The notes beneath the pieces are model-generated. The model saw nothing but the letters and a program-made list of their open reading frames with translations. It was not told the origin of the DNA and did no database searches. The position numbers and the translations under genes are program-made. This document shows positions 60,677 to 64,000 of a stretch of DNA of 64,000 bases, piece after piece (the stretch's first letter is position 1; each line of letters opens with the position of its first letter). Source of the DNA: Candidatus Poribacteria bacterium (GTDB lineage: Bacteria > Poribacteria > WGA-4E > PCPOR2b); assembly GCA_965218095.1 (NCBI GenBank), contig OZ244587.1, forward strand, positions 1,600,001 through 1,664,000, in the 5' to 3' direction.

Positions 60677-60828
60677 AACTCGGTCCCTCCGAGCACGTGG
60701 TGAGTTAGGTGTCGAGAAATGACAATTTTGTAGCGTCAAACTGAACACCGTACCTGGGAAGTTATAAGCACCTAGATTTTGCCCAAATTCCTGCACAGTT
60801 CCTACGGCGGGTGCCGCTGTGGGGCCCT

Positions 60829-61986
60829 CTACTTCTTCACCGGCTTCCAGCGAATGGCGTACATATCGGTGTTGTCTCTGACCGCGTCCCACGATCCGGG
60901 AGCCTGGCTTGAGCCGCAGATCGACAGGATCGTGTCGTCCGCGAACACCACACTGGCGCTGTAACTGCCGGTGAAGGTCGTGGAATCGAGGTAATAGACT
61001 TCGTCCAGCCAGGTCCTGCCTTCGTTCCGGCTGATCATCGCTCGGGAGCCGGGCGGTCCGGGCCCGTACCGTGTGTCGTGAATAACGATTACTGTCCCGT
61101 CGCTCTGGGCGGCAGGATAGCCAAAAGTCTGGCCGTACACTGTGCACAGCATACGCGGTGGATTCCACGTTAGGCCGCCATCCTCTGAGTCCATTACAAA
61201 CACATTCTTGAAGCCCCGGCCCTGGTCAGTGCCGTTCAGATGGCCGACCATTTCCTCGGTATCAGATGGCAGGGGCGGACGCTGATATCGCATCGTTGCA
61301 AATACGCGACTGGACGGCGTCAGCGTCGCCGTGCCCTCCGAACCCCAGTCAGTCATCAGAATGGGCCCCTGCCAAGTATAGCCGGCATCCGTTGAGCGGA
61401 AAGTGTAACAGCCGTTCAGGGTGATTGGTGTGTCGCGGATGTCCACTGTCCATAGCAGCGTGTCATCCTGGAGTCGGTTCAGCCCGCGGTGTGTGTAGCG
61501 TTCGGTGTAGAGTCGGCCGTCGGGCAGATTCATCTCGATAGGAATCTCAGCCCGCTTCGTCCACGTCATGCCCTTGTCCTGGGAGACCGACACAATGGCC
61601 GGCTCCCGCGCATCTCGCCCCGTTGAGCAGTTGACGCTGATGAAAGCGCCGTCGCGCAACACCTTCCAGCGCCAGCCCAGAGCTCCCTCCAAAATCGCCA
61701 GGGACCGCGACGTCCAAGTGCACCCCCCATCCGTGGATTTGCACAAGACCTGCGACTGTCGCACGTACACCGTGTCGTCCGGTCCCAGGTCTACGTGTAC
61801 GCCCTGCGGGCTCATGTCATTGCTGTGCGGCAAAAGTGCCTTTTCCACCGGAACCTGGGTCAGCTTGCCTCCGGCGGCGTGCAGGATGTACTGGCTGTCG
61901 TGCATCTGCTTGAGTGTTTCAGCCGATGGCACGTCAACCCCGCCGAGTCGATCTGTGCGCAGTTTCGGCTCGATGATTACTTTCAT
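60829..61986 (-). CDS. Sialidase/BNR-repeat family protein
   Basis: Asp-boxes STDGGCTW, SQDKGMTW, STDAGYTW, SEDGGLTW, SRNEGRTW. Confidence 0.88.
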   Translation of the reverse strand: MKVIIEPKLRTDRLGGVDVPSAETLKQMHDSQYILHAAGGKLTQVPVEKALLPHSNDMSPQGVHVDLGPDDTVYVRQSQVLCKSTDGGCTWTSRSLAILEGALGWRWKVLRDGAFISVNCSTGRDAREPAIVSVSQDKGMTWTKRAEIPIEMNLPDGRLYTERYTHRGLNRLQDDTLLWTVDIRDTPITLNGCYTFRSTDAGYTWQGPILMTDWGSEGTATLTPSSRVFATMRYQRPPLPSDTEEMVGHLNGTDQGRGFKNVFVMDSEDGGLTWNPPRMLCTVYGQTFGYPAAQSDGTVIVIHDTRYGPGPPGSRAMISRNEGRTWLDEVYYLDSTTFTGSYSASVVFADDTILSICGSSQAPGSWDAVRDNTDMYAIRWKPVKK

Positions 61987-62016
61987 TGGCCCTTCTTGCA
62001 TCCTTAGTCCTCTTTC

Positions 62017-62892
62017 TTATCGTTTGAACCAGATCTTGAGCGCGGTGCCACCCATGATTTTGTCTTTTTCGTCTTTGCTGATGGGAGGCAGGTGAAAATC
62101 AATCAGGTCCACCAGTTTCCGATAGCCCGGCTCTTCAAGGATCCACGGAGAATCCGTGCACCACATCATGCGTTCCGGGCCGTAGGCCTGGTAGATCTGA
62201 TCGACCATCGGTTTCATGTCTTCGTAGGGCCAGGGCTTCTTGGAAAAGGCGTATTCTCCGGAAACCTTGATGTACACATTGGGGAATCGTGCCATGTCGA
62301 AGATGCGTGGATAGGTCGCAGGCGGCAACGACTCGTTGTCGAAGCGGGGCCGTCCCCAACGGTCTACCACACTAGGGGTGGTCGGCATCACACCGAGGTG
62401 GTCCAGAGAGATGTTGACATTGGGGAAGGCACCGGCCAGCATCTCAACACAGGCAATATTAGCGCTACCGGTGTAGATATTGATGTTGATACCTAGGTCG
62501 TCGACACACTGAAACAGGGTGTAGGCCTTCAAGTCTTCGGCGCCTGCGGCATCCGGATCGCCCAAGTCGCCGATCCGGATGCCCTCAATGCCAGTGGCCT
62601 CGACCAATTCTTTGAGGCGGGCGGGCGCATCCGGATCGTTTCCATCCACCAGCCCGGTGGCGGTGAAGCGGTCGGGCCACTTCTGGACACAGTGGGTCAC
62701 GTACCTATGGTCTTCGATCCGGGTGCCTCCCATATCGATCAACACCGTCCGATCTATACCCGCCGCGTCCATTTCCCGCAGGAGTTGCTCGGCGGTGGCT
62801 TCTTTGTCCGCCGGTGCCAGGCTGCTGACTTCGCGTGGAAACTCGTTGCTCAACCTAGCGAATATGTGTACATGTGCATCCACCTTATCCAT
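62017..62892 (-). CDS. Amidohydrolase_2 family protein (sugar lactonase-like)
   Basis: VDAHVH, LDHLG, PNVYIKVSG, YGPERMMWCTDSPW, IMGGTA. Confidence 0.9.
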   Translation of the reverse strand: MDKVDAHVHIFARLSNEFPREVSSLAPADKEATAEQLLREMDAAGIDRTVLIDMGGTRIEDHRYVTHCVQKWPDRFTATGLVDGNDPDAPARLKELVEATGIEGIRIGDLGDPDAAGAEDLKAYTLFQCVDDLGININIYTGSANIACVEMLAGAFPNVNISLDHLGVMPTTPSVVDRWGRPRFDNESLPPATYPRIFDMARFPNVYIKVSGEYAFSKKPWPYEDMKPMVDQIYQAYGPERMMWCTDSPWILEEPGYRKLVDLIDFHLPPISKDEKDKIMGGTALKIWFKR

Positions 62893-63130
62893 GTCTACTG
62901 TACCTCCTGACTTTCTGAGAGGATTTTTCATTGGTCATCCGCCGTCACAGTTCATTCATTTGTTCCCTCATTTGTCCTGTCAGTCACTTGCCTGGGCCAA
63001 ATGCAGTGTGGCAGGCTTTTCTTGCTGGCCCGTTTTTCCACTTTCTCACTTTCACATTTTCGTCTGTAAGAAAATTCAATTCATTGTTAATTCCCACAGC
63101 GTTTATACCGACGCCACGTTTATCAGTCAA

Positions 63131-64000
63131 TCAGCCCCACCCCGCCATCCAGCCTTCCACCGTCAGGTCGTCCGGCACGTCCTCAAAGCGGTAGTGGGTC
63201 GGCCCTCCCTGAAAGCCGGGCAAAAACTGTCTCTCTTCGCACCGCATCGCATCGTCGACGGGTTTGAAGCGCTGCCACAAGCACTCGGCTTCCTGTGGCG
63301 AGAAACGCGCTCCTAGCGGCTCGCCCCACTGCATCGTCATCGGATGAATCTGAGAGACTCCCTTCCGCTCCGCTTCGGTCAAACTGGCAACGTCACGACA
63401 TCTCTGGTTGTAGATGTGCCGGGCCGTTTTGCTGAAGCAGATTGTCGACTTCAACATACCCTTCACGCCGCGTCCGGGGTGCAACTTGTTCAGCGTGGCA
63501 TGGTAAGCTGTTCCATCTTTGTCGAGTACCGCCCGTAGCACCGCCACGGCAACCTCCATGTATCCTTCGCTGCGCCGGTGCCACCGTGTGAAAGTCTCCT
63601 GGGCCGAAGCTGAGAGGTATGGGAGCCAACGCAGGTCAGAATAGTGTGTGAGCCTAGCGAAGCCGCCGTGCATGGTGCGCCGCATCTTGGTGGAGTAGTT
63701 GCTGCCCCAGTGCAGGATAGGCAGGATATAGGCGACGCCGTCGCCGGCGGCGAGGTAGGTTTGCACACAACCCGGTACGGGCGCTCGCGGATTGCGCCCG
63801 ATGGATTCGTTTTCTTCATCGGTATTTGGACGGAGGTGACTGCCCGGAACTACATATAGCACATCGTCATCGTAGAGGGGCAAATTCCATTGCACGTACC
63901 GCGGACCTGTCTCAAGAATGTCGTCGGTATAAGCTTGCAACGGCGCGTTCAACGGCGAATAGAAATCGCGGTGCCACGCCGCGGGGCCACGGTCTCTCAC
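63131..64000 (-). CDS. PhyH-like dioxygenase with C-terminal extension, 5' end outside the window; paralogue of 58608..59891
   Basis: WHRD, YVQWNLPLYDDDVLYVVPGSH, LHWGSNY, LHPG.G. Confidence 0.85.
   Translation of the reverse strand: MRDRGPAAWHRDFYSPLNAPLQAYTDDILETGPRYVQWNLPLYDDDVLYVVPGSHLRPNTDEENESIGRNPRAPVPGCVQTYLAAGDGVAYILPILHWGSNYSTKMRRTMHGGFARLTHYSDLRWLPYLSASAQETFTRWHRRSEGYMEVAVAVLRAVLDKDGTAYHATLNKLHPGRGVKGMLKSTICFSKTARHIYNQRCRDVASLTEAERKGVSQIHPMTMQWGEPLGARFSPQEAECLWQRFKPVDDAMRCEERQFLPGFQGGPTHYRFEDVPDDLTVEGWMAGWG

Noticed and set aside
12176-64000. Possible 2OG-dependent halogenases among the PhyH genes
   Set aside because: Every intact copy keeps the HxD carboxylate; none shows HxG or HxA

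Overview
Accessory, partly decaying catabolic region of a bacterial chromosome. The gene content suggests a Candidatus Poribacteria-like organism, but that assignment is inference only. It has about ten PhyH-type Fe(II)/2-oxoglutarate dioxygenases, Gfo/Idh/MocA oxidoreductases, BNR/sialidase-like propellers, GHL10-like TIM barrels, LLM monooxygenases, an FGE-sulfatase-domain gene and a 22-repeat WD40 protein. At least a dozen genes are broken by premature stops, frameshifts, microhomology deletions or IS insertion. Intergenic DNA holds layered mobile-element relics: a group II intron domain V/VI ending exactly at an ATG; two defective IS5-family elements plus end fragments; an intact hsdS stranded between hsdM and hsdR remnants; truncated or collapsed integron attC sites without an integrase; a 190-bp MITE with Tn5/IS50-like ends carrying REP-like hairpins; and a 25-bp mini-element sitting in the loops of other hairpins. 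Most notable coding candidates: a PhyH-Nudix-like fusion, a small-protein/PhyH/dehydrogenase module, a rhamnose-mutarotase/aldolase cluster containing an LLM monooxygenase, and an FGE-domain gene with a DGR-variable-region-like 3' end. No rRNA, tRNA or CRISPR array was seen.
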